NCBI GenBank assembly: GCA_036514895.1
Contig: DATBWH010000051.1
Coordinates: 122 to 64,121 of the forward strand
Source: Candidatus Humimicrobiaceae bacterium
GTDB taxonomy: Bacteria; Actinomycetota; Humimicrobiia; Humimicrobiales; Humimicrobiaceae
Reading direction: 5' to 3'
DNA length: 64,000 nucleotides
Position numbers and translations under genes: made by a program. Positions 10,315 through 21,000 of this stretch are shown piece by piece; the stretch's first letter is position 1, and every line of letters begins with the position of its first letter. The notes under the pieces are model-generated. The model did not search any database, was not told where the DNA came from, and saw only the letters and a program-made list of their open reading frames with translations.

Positions 10315-10343
10315 TTGACTTTGCCAGAAAATAGGTGTATAAA
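10315..10343 (+). promoter_or_regulatory. Sigma-70-like promoter (TTGACT-17 nt-TATAAA)
   Basis: A -35 TTGACT at 10315-10320, a 17-nt spacer, and a -10 TATAAA at 10338-10343. It lies upstream of lon. Confidence 0.4.
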
Positions 10344-10353
10344 ATATAAAATA

Positions 10354-10374
10354 AATTTCACTTAAAGTGAAATT
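10354..10374. promoter_or_regulatory. Perfect 9-3-9 inverted repeat AATTTCACT-TAA-AGTGAAATT (candidate operator)
   Basis: The repeat lies just downstream of the putative -10 element, in the lon 5' region. Confidence 0.35.
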
Positions 10375-10555
10375 AGAATTTACTAAATAACGAAAATAAT
10401 TTTAGTATTTTCAGAAAATTTTTGTTATAATTAAAAGACTAAATAATATAGACTACATTCGGATTGGCTAAAAGGATTAAAAGATATGTTATAAAGAAAC
10501 TTTTTTATTGGTGTAGAATATATATTGAAGATATAGAGAAATTAAAAAATAGGAG

Positions 10556-13021
10556 TTGAAAAAAATGATTGCCGAAGAAAAAAAACTTAATAAGGATATC
10601 GATAGAATAAATATACCGAAGGAGTTACCTCTCCTTTCATTAAAGAATAGTGTTGTATTTCCATTTCTGGCAACACCTCTGGTAGTAGGCAGAAAAAATT
10701 CTCTGGAAGCCGTTAAAAGTGCGTCCAGGGAACACAAGATCATAGTTGTAGTGGCACAAAAAGAAGAAAACAAAGAACTGGTGGGAAAAGAAGATTTATA
10801 TGAAGTCGGAACTGCCTGCGCCATAAAACAGGTTGCAAATATATCTGAGAACGAAATCAAATGTGTTGTCGAAGGAATTTCCAGGGTAAAAATAAAATAT
10901 TTTACTCAGACGGAACCTTATTTCAGAGCAGTTACCGAAGTTCTTAAGGAAATACCTTTGATCGAAGACAATGAAACAGAGAATCTCAATACGACTGTCA
11001 GAATGCAGGTTGAAAAATTTATTCAGCTGGGTATTCCACTGCCTACTGCTTTTGTAGTAGCAGCAACCAATATTTCCAAACCAGAAATCCAGACTGATTT
11101 ATTTGCTTCATATCTGCTTTCGAGCACAAAACAAAAGCAAAAGATACTGGAAGAAAGCGATCTTAAAGTAAGGTTAAGGAAATTAACAGAATATCTGGGT
11201 GAAGAATTAAAAAAATTCGAGGTTCAGTCTCAGATAAGAGATAAAGTCCAAAAAGAAGTCGGAAAAACCCAGAGAGAATATTATCTACGTCAGCAGCTTA
11301 AAGCAATAAAAAACGAACTTGGTGAATCTGATGAATCTATTGCATTGACCAAAGAGATCGATAAAAAATTGCAAAAGAAAAAGCTGCCAAAAGAAGCCAA
11401 AGATAAAGTATTAAAGGAAATAGAAAGGCTGGAAAATATCCCCAGCATGTCTCCTGAATATTCTTATGTGAGAACTTATGTAGAAACAATGCTGGATGTT
11501 CCCTGGTCCGAAAAAACCAAAGATATTCTGGATTTGAAAAAATCAAAGAAAATACTGGACGGGGATCATTACGATCTGGAAAAAGTAAAAACTCATATTC
11601 TTGATTACCTTGCAGTAAGAAAACTAAAGGGTAAAACTACGAAGGGCCCCATACTCTGCTTCGTTGGTCCTCCGGGTGTTGGTAAAACTTCTCTTGGGCA
11701 ATCCATAGCCAAGTCTCTTGGAAGAAAATTCATCAGAATGTCCATTGGAGGTATAAGAGATGAGGCCGAGATCAGGGGACACCGAAGAACATATGTAGGA
11801 GCACTTCCCGGAAGAATAATCCAGGGACTTACTCAGGTTGGAACAAATAACCCGGTCTTCATGCTGGATGAAGTCGATAAGGTGGGAGCTGATTATAGAG
11901 GCGACCCATCATCAGCATTGCTTGAAGTACTTGATCCCGAACAAAATAATTCATTCAGAGATCATTACCTTGAAGTACCATTCGATCTATCAAATGTGAT
12001 GTTCATAACAACAGCTAATATACTGGATACTATACATCCTGCATTGAGAGACAGAATGGAAATCATCGAGATACCCGGTTATAGTTCAGAGGAAAAGATA
12101 CACATAGCTGAAAAATTCCTGATTCCAAAGCAGTTAAAGGAGCAGGGCATTGAAAAATATAATGTGAAATTTGACAGTGAAGCTATATGCTTGATAATCG
12201 AGGAATATACCAGGGAAGCCGGTGTAAGAAACCTGGAGCGAGAAATAGCAAATATCTGTAAAAAAATCGCCAGAGAAATAGTTGAAGGAAAAGAGTATTC
12301 CAAAAATATAAGTGCCGAAAGGGTAAGAAATTATCTTGGTATTTCGAGAGTCCTGCCCAGTGAAATCGAAGACAAGAATAGAGTCGGAGTAGCAACTGGT
12401 CTGGCTTATACTCCGGTAGGCGGAGACATACTGCTTATTGAATCCACTCACTATAAGGGAAGCGGTGAATTGATACTTACCGGTAAACTTGGCGATGTGA
12501 TGCAGGAATCTGCAAAAGCAGCAATAAGCTATATACATTCAAGGGCAAAAGCTTTTGGAATAGACGATGATTTATTCAGTAAATCCGATATACATATTCA
12601 CGTCCCTGCAGGAGCAATACCAAAAGATGGTCCATCTGCTGGTGTAGCAATCACTTCGTCTCTGGTATCGACATTCACCGGAATACCAGTATTGAGAGAC
12701 GTGGGTATGACCGGAGAAATAACCCTGAGAGGAAGAGTTCTTCCAATCGGTGGGCTTAAAGAAAAATTACTGGCTGCAAAAAGAGCAGGATTGAGAAAAG
12801 TAGTATTACCTGAAAAAAATAAGAAGGACCTTGATGAGATACCCAAGAGTATATTAGATGGGTTAAAACTGGAATTTGTGGAAAATATCGATGATGTAAT
12901 CAAGCATACCCTGGAACGGTATCCTTCAAAACCGGATATCAAAGATAGTAAAGGTACGAAGATTTCAGGTGATGAATTAAAAATAGGAGAGCCCCAGGGA
13001 TTAGGGCCCACAATACAATAA
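10556..13021 (+). CDS. lon: ATP-dependent Lon protease
   Basis: Lon N-terminal domain, AAA+ Walker A (GPPGVGKTS), and a protease domain with the catalytic Ser in PKDGPSAG. Length 821 aa. Confidence 0.95.
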   Translation: MKKMIAEEKKLNKDIDRINIPKELPLLSLKNSVVFPFLATPLVVGRKNSLEAVKSASREHKIIVVVAQKEENKELVGKEDLYEVGTACAIKQVANISENEIKCVVEGISRVKIKYFTQTEPYFRAVTEVLKEIPLIEDNETENLNTTVRMQVEKFIQLGIPLPTAFVVAATNISKPEIQTDLFASYLLSSTKQKQKILEESDLKVRLRKLTEYLGEELKKFEVQSQIRDKVQKEVGKTQREYYLRQQLKAIKNELGESDESIALTKEIDKKLQKKKLPKEAKDKVLKEIERLENIPSMSPEYSYVRTYVETMLDVPWSEKTKDILDLKKSKKILDGDHYDLEKVKTHILDYLAVRKLKGKTTKGPILCFVGPPGVGKTSLGQSIAKSLGRKFIRMSIGGIRDEAEIRGHRRTYVGALPGRIIQGLTQVGTNNPVFMLDEVDKVGADYRGDPSSALLEVLDPEQNNSFRDHYLEVPFDLSNVMFITTANILDTIHPALRDRMEIIEIPGYSSEEKIHIAEKFLIPKQLKEQGIEKYNVKFDSEAICLIIEEYTREAGVRNLEREIANICKKIAREIVEGKEYSKNISAERVRNYLGISRVLPSEIEDKNRVGVATGLAYTPVGGDILLIESTHYKGSGELILTGKLGDVMQESAKAAISYIHSRAKAFGIDDDLFSKSDIHIHVPAGAIPKDGPSAGVAITSSLVSTFTGIPVLRDVGMTGEITLRGRVLPIGGLKEKLLAAKRAGLRKVVLPEKNKKDLDEIPKSILDGLKLEFVENIDDVIKHTLERYPSKPDIKDSKGTKISGDELKIGEPQGLGPTIQ

Positions 13022-13032
13022 GTCGTTCAATA

Positions 13033-13075
13033 AAAATCCCCTTTGTAAATAAAATACAAAGGGGATTTTTTATTT
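13033..13075. terminator. Bidirectional rho-independent terminator (AAAATCCCCTTTG...CAAAGGGGATTTT)
   Basis: A 13-bp GC-containing stem flanked by A/T runs, between the convergent lon and purH genes. Confidence 0.8.
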
Positions 13076-13095
13076 TATCTTCATATAATATGAAC

Positions 13096-14772
13096 TCAGT
13101 GCCTAAAATGTCTTTTCCCGGTAAATATCATTGGGATTTTATTTTTATTACAGCTTTCAATGACTTCCTTGTCCCTTATGGAACCACCTGGTTGGATTAT
13201 TGCCTTAATTCCATTTTTAGCCGCAAGCTCTGCTACATCTTCAAATGGGAAAAATGCATCTGAAGCCATGACCGAACCATTGCATCTTCCGCCTGATTTC
13301 TTTACGGCTATTTCTGCAGCATCTATCCTGCTCATCTGCCCGGCGCCAATACCTACGGTACTGCCGCCAGTAGCCAGAACTATTGCATTGGATTTGACGC
13401 TCTTTGCTATCTGCCATCCAAATAGAAGATCGTCCCACTGGTCAGGTTCCGGCTCAACAGTCGTGACTACTTTCATATTCTTTCTGCTGTCGATCCCTTC
13501 ATCCAGATCCTGCAGCAGTATCCCGCCGTCTACGCTTTTTAGGTCCACTTTTTCCAGCTTGAAACCATCCGATTTCAAATTGTTTATATAGGCGTCCAGT
13601 TTAAAATCCATCTTAAGGATTCTTAAGTTCTGCTTTTCAGCCAGTATTTTAAGAGCTTCTTCATCGAAGTCCGGAGCGATAAGCACTTCTATATATTTAT
13701 CCAGCATAAATCGGGCCGCATCTACCGTCCATTTTGTATTGCAGGCAATAACCCCACCGAAAGCCGAAACCGGATCACACTCATGTGCTTTCCTATACGC
13801 TTCTATGACGGATTGAGCAACAGCCGCGCCGCATGGGTTATTATGTTTTATTACCGCAACGCAGGGGATGGCAAATTCCCTGACAACCCCAAATGCGGCA
13901 TTCCCGTCCAGAATATTATTATAGGATAATTCCTTACCCTGAAGCTGTCTTGCACCTGCAAAATTATCCGTACCCTTACCTTCGTATTTATAATAAGAAG
14001 CTTTTTGATGCGGATTTTCGCCATACCTGAGGTTCTGAATTTTTTTCAGGTTCAAACCAAGTTTATCCTTGAAATTGCCTTCGCCATCCCTGAAATCATC
14101 CCCTGTTACCTGACCGGAACCGCTGCAATCCACATTAAGGTAATCTCTTATAGAAATATCCGATTCTCCTGTGCTTTCGGTTTTATTTTTTAGATAATTA
14201 AATATCACACTGTCATATTCACAGGTATGCTGAAAAGCTTTGACACTCAATCTGAATAGAGTCCCCGCGTTTATATATCCTCCGCTTTCTTTTAATTCAA
14301 CCTGTATTTTTTTATAATCCTGAGGATCGACCACTACTGCTACACCTTTATAATTTTTGGCTGCGCTTCTGATCATAGTAGGGCCGCCTATATCGATATT
14401 TTCAATAGCTTCTTCCATAGTGACATCCGGCTTCAATATAGTTTCTTTAAAGGGATAGAGGTTCACCACTACCATGTCTATTAACTTTATCCCCGAACCG
14501 GAGACTTCCTTCATATGATTTTCATTGCTCCGATCAGCCAATATACCTCCGTGCACATATGGATGAAGGGTTTTTACTCTTCCATTCAACATCTCAGGAA
14601 AACCGGTAAACTCTTCTACTTTCTTTACCTTTATTCCTGCCTCTTTCAGGGTTCTGTATGTCCCACCTGTCGAAATGATCTCGGCTCCCGCTTCCTCTAG
14701 AGTTTTGGCAAAATCTACGATACCCTCTTTTTTGGAAACACTGATCAACACTCTTTTTATCTTTACTTTCAT
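13096..14772 (-). CDS. purH: Bifunctional AICAR transformylase / IMP cyclohydrolase
   Basis: The N-terminus MKVKIKRVLISVSKKEGIVDFAKTLEEAGAEIISTGGT matches PurH (MGS-like domain). Full length 558 aa. Confidence 0.95.
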   Translation of the reverse strand: MKVKIKRVLISVSKKEGIVDFAKTLEEAGAEIISTGGTYRTLKEAGIKVKKVEEFTGFPEMLNGRVKTLHPYVHGGILADRSNENHMKEVSGSGIKLIDMVVVNLYPFKETILKPDVTMEEAIENIDIGGPTMIRSAAKNYKGVAVVVDPQDYKKIQVELKESGGYINAGTLFRLSVKAFQHTCEYDSVIFNYLKNKTESTGESDISIRDYLNVDCSGSGQVTGDDFRDGEGNFKDKLGLNLKKIQNLRYGENPHQKASYYKYEGKGTDNFAGARQLQGKELSYNNILDGNAAFGVVREFAIPCVAVIKHNNPCGAAVAQSVIEAYRKAHECDPVSAFGGVIACNTKWTVDAARFMLDKYIEVLIAPDFDEEALKILAEKQNLRILKMDFKLDAYINNLKSDGFKLEKVDLKSVDGGILLQDLDEGIDSRKNMKVVTTVEPEPDQWDDLLFGWQIAKSVKSNAIVLATGGSTVGIGAGQMSRIDAAEIAVKKSGGRCNGSVMASDAFFPFEDVAELAAKNGIKAIIQPGGSIRDKEVIESCNKNKIPMIFTGKRHFRH

Positions 14773-14785
14773 TTTTCCTCTCTAC

Positions 14786-15406
14786 TTAAATATCATTTTT
14801 ATTTAAAATTTTTACTTTTCTTCCTTCTATTTTTAATCTATCCTCGCAAAAGTATTTTACAGCAAGAGGATAGATTTCATGTTCCACTCGGTGTATTTTT
14901 TCCTCCAGCTCCTCCATACTTTCGTCCTGGCTTATATCCACTGCCCTCTGAATTATTATTGGTCCGCTGTCCAGGCCTTCATCTACAAAATGAACCGTGA
15001 CTCCGGTTACTTTTACTCCATATCCGTAAGCATCTTTTATACCATGGGTGCCTTTGAATGAAGGCAGAAGTGCAGGATGAATATTCAGAATCCTATTTTT
15101 GAAGTTACGAACAAGTATCGGGCTTACCAGAAACATATAACCGGCAAGGACCACCAGGTCTATTTTTTCTTCTTCAAGAAGTTCGATTATTTTCTTATCA
15201 AATTCTTCCCTTGTAACATAATCTGAAGGATCCAAAAAAACTGACTTGATTTTGCTTTCCTTTGCCCTTTCAAGTGCAAAGGCATCTTTATTATTGGAAA
15301 AAACCAGAGCTATCTCTCCGTTTAATCCATGATCCTTATTGTAATCTATAATAGCCTGGAGATTCGATCCAAAACCGGATGCAAACACAGCAATTCTTTT
15401 AACCAT
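14786..15406 (-). CDS. purN: Phosphoribosylglycinamide formyltransferase
   Basis: RIAVFASGFGSNLQAI and the HPALLPSFKG motif (formyl transferase). It is in pur-operon context. Confidence 0.9.
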   Translation of the reverse strand: MVKRIAVFASGFGSNLQAIIDYNKDHGLNGEIALVFSNNKDAFALERAKESKIKSVFLDPSDYVTREEFDKKIIELLEEEKIDLVVLAGYMFLVSPILVRNFKNRILNIHPALLPSFKGTHGIKDAYGYGVKVTGVTVHFVDEGLDSGPIIIQRAVDISQDESMEELEEKIHRVEHEIYPLAVKYFCEDRLKIEGRKVKILNKNDI

Positions 15407-16481
15407 CTAAATCCTGACTCTTCTTTATTATTACCTTACCGCTTCCTTTTGTTACAATACCTATATTATATAGATCCTCTCCCATTTTGGTGGTAATGCT
15501 TTTAGCTCTGTCAAACTCTTCCGGAGAAATGATCAAAACCATTCCGATACCCATATTGAAGACCCGAAACATCTCATCTCTATCGATATTACCCAGTTCC
15601 TGTAGAAACTTAAAAACAGCCGGAATTTCCCAGCTTCCTTCCTTTATCGAAGCATCCATATTCCCGGGAATTATTCTATTTATGTTTTCATAAAATCCTC
15701 CACCGGTGATATGGGCAATCCCATGAATTTTAACCTTATTTTTAATCATTTTATTTATTACCCTTGAATATAACCTGGTAGGAGTAAGAAATAATTTTCC
15801 AAGCGATTTGTCTTTAGTCCAATCATATTTTTTATTAAGGTCCAATTGTTTATCTTCTATCAGTTTCCGTACAAGCGAGAATCCATTGCTGTGAATCCCG
15901 GAAGAAGCTATGCCGGCTATTAAATCTTCCCTTTTGACAAGACCCGGATTGATTATGGCTGATTTTTCAATGATTCCCACTGCAAAACCGGCAACATCCA
16001 AATCATCTTCCTCACTCATACCGGGATGTTCCGCAGTTTCTCCGCCGATAAGGACAGTATCACAATAACTGCAGCTTTCGGCGATGGACTTGATGATGGT
16101 TTTTATCTTTCTCTCGTCAACTTTACCGCAGGCTATGTAATCCAAAAAAAATAAAGGCTTTGCCCCGCAGCATATTATATCGTTTATACACATCGCAACT
16201 GCGTCCTGCCCAATAAACTCGTAATAATCCAATTTTTTAGCCAGAAGTATTTTTGTCCCCACTCCATCTGTTGATGAAGTAAGAACAGGATTTTTATATC
16301 CCTTCAAATCAAGTTGAAAAAGACCTGAAAAGGATGAGAGGTCACTTAATACTTTATCTGAAAAGGTAGAGGTTATTGTCTTTTTAAGCTGATTAAGTAC
16401 ATCTGAAGCTTTGTATACATCCACGCCGGATGATCTATATGAATACTTTTTATTATCTTTCTCTTTACCTTTTTCAGGCAT
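15399..16481 (-). CDS. purM: Phosphoribosylformylglycinamidine cyclo-ligase (AIR synthetase)
   Basis: PurM-family motifs (DGVGTK, GGETAEHPG) are present. It overlaps purN by 8 nt. Confidence 0.9.
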   Translation of the reverse strand: MPEKGKEKDNKKYSYRSSGVDVYKASDVLNQLKKTITSTFSDKVLSDLSSFSGLFQLDLKGYKNPVLTSSTDGVGTKILLAKKLDYYEFIGQDAVAMCINDIICCGAKPLFFLDYIACGKVDERKIKTIIKSIAESCSYCDTVLIGGETAEHPGMSEEDDLDVAGFAVGIIEKSAIINPGLVKREDLIAGIASSGIHSNGFSLVRKLIEDKQLDLNKKYDWTKDKSLGKLFLTPTRLYSRVINKMIKNKVKIHGIAHITGGGFYENINRIIPGNMDASIKEGSWEIPAVFKFLQELGNIDRDEMFRVFNMGIGMVLIISPEEFDRAKSITTKMGEDLYNIGIVTKGSGKVIIKKSQDLDG

Positions 16482-17913
16482 TGGAAGATACTTTCTCCTC
16501 TTTGTCTATTGAATACTTGTCGGGTTCGGTATTTTCGGGAATATTTACCGGATACTCACCATTGAAGCAGGCAAAACAAAATTTTTCTTTTGATTCGCCC
16601 ACAGCCTTCACTAAACCACCCATAGTCAAATACTTCAAGCTATCAACTTTTAGAAATTCCCTTATATTCTCCAATGTCTTGTGATTGGCAATAAATTCAT
16701 TCCTTTTAGCCATATCAACACCATAATAACAGGGGTAAAGCAGCGGAGGGCAGGTAATCCTTAAATGCACTTCTTTGGCGCCAGCATTATATAACATTTT
16801 AACTATTTTTTTTGATGTTGTTCCCCTGACTATGGAATCATCGACAACTACCAGCTTTTTATCCCGTATGATGTCCCTTAAAGGATTTAATTTAAGCTTG
16901 ACACTTAGCTCCCTGGTTTCCTGCTCTGGCTGAATAAAAGTCCTTCCCACATATCTGTTTTTAATAAAACCCTCGGCATATGGTATTTTGGATTCCGCAG
17001 AATACCCGATAGCGGCAGGTGTGCCGGAATCAGGCACAGAAATAACTATATCGGCATCGGCAGGAGATTCTTTTGCCAGTTCCTGCCCCAATCTATGCCT
17101 CACTTCAAACATATTTTTATTATGTAAATAACTATCGGGCCTTGCAAAATAGATAAGCTCGAATACACACATGGAAATCCTATCGACAGGCAGCATCATC
17201 TGTGACCTGATACCATCTTTGTCCAATACTATAATCTCGCCGGGATCAATTTCTCTTATGAACTTTGCGTCAATTATATCCAGTGCGCAGGTCTCCGAAG
17301 CCATTATATAATTTCCTTCAAGTTTACCCAGCACCAGCGGCCTGAATCCATGCGGATCCCTGATTCCGTAAACTTTATCTCTGGTTAATATAAGAAGTGA
17401 ATATGAACCTTTCACCTTGCTTATTGCTTCCTTGATTGCATCCTCAATATTTTCTTTCTCCGAGCTCTCTACAAGCGATGCTATGACTTCGGTATCTGTG
17501 GTGGTTTCGAATCCAACGCCTTTTTTTATCTGTTCATTCCTGATTTCTCTAAAATTAGTCAGGTTCCCATTATGTACTATGGCAAAACTTTCGTTTTTGA
17601 ACATCCGGTAAAGCGGCTGCGAATTCTTCCAAACATTCATTCCACTGGTGGAATAACGGGTGTGGCCTATTCCGATATCCCCCTGTAGAGGAGCAATGTT
17701 TTGCTCGTTAAATACCTGAGATACCAGGCCCAGATCCTTGAAAATCAAAATATTATCTCCATCGGATACTGCTATTCCCGCACTTTCCTGTCCTCTGTGC
17801 TGAAGTGCCTGAAGTCCGTAAAATATTATTTCTGCTACTTTCTTGCCGGGTGCAAATATCCCAAACACCCCGCATTTTTCATTAATTTTTCTATCTGATA
17901 TTTCTTTTATCAT
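16474..17913 (-). CDS. purF: Amidophosphoribosyltransferase
   Basis: The N-terminal CGVFGI nucleophile motif is followed by a PRTase domain. It overlaps purM by 8 nt. Confidence 0.95.
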   Translation of the reverse strand: MIKEISDRKINEKCGVFGIFAPGKKVAEIIFYGLQALQHRGQESAGIAVSDGDNILIFKDLGLVSQVFNEQNIAPLQGDIGIGHTRYSTSGMNVWKNSQPLYRMFKNESFAIVHNGNLTNFREIRNEQIKKGVGFETTTDTEVIASLVESSEKENIEDAIKEAISKVKGSYSLLILTRDKVYGIRDPHGFRPLVLGKLEGNYIMASETCALDIIDAKFIREIDPGEIIVLDKDGIRSQMMLPVDRISMCVFELIYFARPDSYLHNKNMFEVRHRLGQELAKESPADADIVISVPDSGTPAAIGYSAESKIPYAEGFIKNRYVGRTFIQPEQETRELSVKLKLNPLRDIIRDKKLVVVDDSIVRGTTSKKIVKMLYNAGAKEVHLRITCPPLLYPCYYGVDMAKRNEFIANHKTLENIREFLKVDSLKYLTMGGLVKAVGESKEKFCFACFNGEYPVNIPENTEPDKYSIDKEEKVSSNA

Positions 17914-18075
17914 TTAATTGGTTAATGCATAAAATTTATTTCTTTTCTCCGGTTCCGGTCAGAATTATTTTATTTTATACCTCCCATTCTATGAGCGCCG
18001 GATTTATACCACTAAACAAAACAAAGTTATTATAACAAATAAAACGTCAAAATAAATAAAGGACTTAGGGAAGAT

Positions 18076-21000
18076 TTAACTGTTTTCCTCACACCACTTC
18101 CTGGCATTTTGGAACATCTTTAACCATGGAGAAACTTTTAAGCTGGATTGCCAGTTTTCCGGCATCCACGGCCATTGCCACAGTAAGAACGTCCTTTCAG
18201 GGTGAGGCATCATTACCAGATGTCTTCCATCCGGCGAACACAATGATGTAAATCCATGTGGTGAACTATTTGGATTAAAAGGATACTTCTCCGTGGGCAT
18301 TCCTTTGTCATCTACGAAATGTATGGGAGCAAGACCTTTTTTTGATACCTCTGCCAGGATTTTGGAGTCCGGACAAAATAGGTAACCTTCTCTATGCGCA
18401 ACCCATATTCCCAGAATTGAATCTTCCATACCTTTAAGCATAATAGAAGGACTTTTTGATATTTTTACAGTTACCCAGCGGGATTCGAATCGTCCTGAAG
18501 GATTGCGGATAAATCTGATTTGTTTGGATTCGTTAATTCCCCTCCAGGGTACCCAGCCAAGAAGGGCCATAAGCTGTGCACCATTGCAAACACCTAATGA
18601 AAAAGTGTCTTCCCGTTTATAGAAGTTATCAAACATCTTTTGCAGTTTCGGATTGAACTTGATAATGCCCGCCCAGCCCTTTGCACTGTCAAGCACATCA
18701 GCATGAGCAAATCCTCCTACGAAGACCACTCCTCTGAATTTATCAAGGGTGACATCACCATCAAGTAGATCGGTCATAGTGACATCCCAGGGTTCGAATC
18801 CTGCTGAGAAAAAAGCAGAGGTCATTTCCCTGTCACCATTGCTGCCCTCCTCGCGGATAATCGCAACAGCCGGTTTTTTTACTCTCCTTAATAACTTCTC
18901 GGGAGTACCTTCCGGACGGAAGGATAAATGATAAGAAGGACCGGGTCGATCATGAGATTTTGCCTGTTCCTTTGCCATCTCTATATTCATCTGATGCTGT
19001 TCAAACTGATCGCTGGTAGATTCCCACCAGGAAAGAAGAGTCGGGGTGTCGATATCAAATCTTTTTTCACCGCCCTGATATATTACTACCCGTCTTTTTT
19101 TACTTGTTTTTCCAAGAATCACAAAAGGAATTGTTGATTTATCTAAAATGTCGGTGATGGATGCCTCGTTCTGCGGCAGATATTCCAGAACCAGGCCAAG
19201 TTCCTCCGAAAATAGCCTTGAAATCATTTCTTCTTTTTTAGATGACTTGACTTCAATTCCGCAATTTCCTGCCATTGACATCTCGACCAGAGTTGTCATG
19301 AGCCCACCATCGCTTCTATCATGTCCTGCCAGTATTAAATTTTCTTTAATGATTTTCTGAACTGCTCTGAAAGCATTTATCAGAAGGACAGGATTCTCAA
19401 CATCCGGAGAGTCATCGCCTATCTGTCCCAGTACCTGAGCCAGCGCCGAACCTCCAAGACGGTTTTTACCCGGAGCAAGATCGATAAGCATCAATTTGCT
19501 CTTACCAGGACTTTTGATATCAGGAGTAAGTATTCTCGTTATATCCGTCATCGAGCAGTAAGCAGAGACAACCACCTGTCCAGGTGCCTTAACAATTTCT
19601 TGTTCTACCTGTGCGGCCATCGACAGACTATCTTTTCCACCATCTACAGCAATGCCAATTTCTTTCATTAATCTACTGATAGAAACCGCCGCTCTATAAA
19701 GAGCGGCGCCACCGCCGGGAAGTTTTGCGGCCCACATCCAGTTCACTGAGCACTTTATATGCTCGAGATCGCTTATAAGAGCCCATACCATATTGGTAAG
19801 TGCCTCTCCCAGCGCCATTCTTGCTCCCGCCTCAGGATTGACTAAAATCTTTATCGGCTGCTCCCCTATAGAGAATGCGGCACCGCTTAACCCGAAGTGA
19901 CTTTGCGCCACTGCCGATACATCTGCTACCGGAAGCTGCAGTGGTCCGCAGCATTGCTGCCGTGCGATAAGCCCGGTCACGCTTCGATCGACTTTTCTTA
20001 CCAGGAATCCTTTGGACCCAACCGAAGGTAACTTGAATATAAGTTTAAGTACCTTTTCAACTGAAAGATCTTCAGGCAATTGGAGCGGTTTTAATTCCGC
20101 GGATATACTTTCCAGATTGAAAATTTTTTTTGGAATATTGCTTAAAATCTCTTCAAGGTTGAGATCGACAGGGGTAGTATTATCCCGGCTGTCATGGACC
20201 ACAATCTGTCCGTCACCGGTTATTTCTCCCAGGATCTCACAGTTGACTTTTTCTCTTTCACATATATCCTGAAATATTTTTAAGCATTCTGTTTTAATTA
20301 AAAAAGCATTTCGCTCCTGGTATTCGGCACCCCATATTTCCAGTACCGACATAGTCTTGTCTCCAACCTGGATATTTCTTATTTCGATTCTACCGCCTGC
20401 CGGTTCTACCAGTTCGGTCAGTACATTGCAGGGTCCACCGGCGCCCTGATCGTGTATGCTTAAAATAGGATTACCATCCCCCATCTCAATACATGCCCTG
20501 ATTACCCTGTTCATCTTCTGTTCCATTTGAGCGTTACCACGCTGGACAGCATTGAAATCAAGTTCTTCCCTGTTTTCTCCCTGAACCATGCTCGAGGCGG
20601 CACCGCCTCCCATACCGATACGATAAGCAGGACCACCAACCTGTACTATTTTCATCCCTTTTTCCGGTTTCTCTTTCTTTATGTGGCGGCTATCGATCTG
20701 CCCGATACCTCCGGTAAACATAATTGGTTTTACCCACTCACGCCTCTGTCCGTCCGGCAGTCTTAAACCAAATGTCCTGGTAAATCCCTGTATTACCGGT
20801 TCTCCAAATTTATTTCCATAATCGGATGCACCATCGCTTTCCCGGATCATAATCTTCAGGGGAGAAGCAAGATTCGACGGATAGAGAAATTTATTATTTT
20901 CTCCCGGAATCATATATCCCGGGATGTTTAAATTTCCTGTGCAATATCCCGCCGTGCCGGCAATTACAAGTCCTCCTCTTCCGGTTGCCTGGACATCTCT

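Noticed and set aside
12079-13011. Minus-strand ORFs (74-137 aa) inside lon.
   Set aside because: They overlap the Lon CDS. Such shadow ORFs are typical in long genes.
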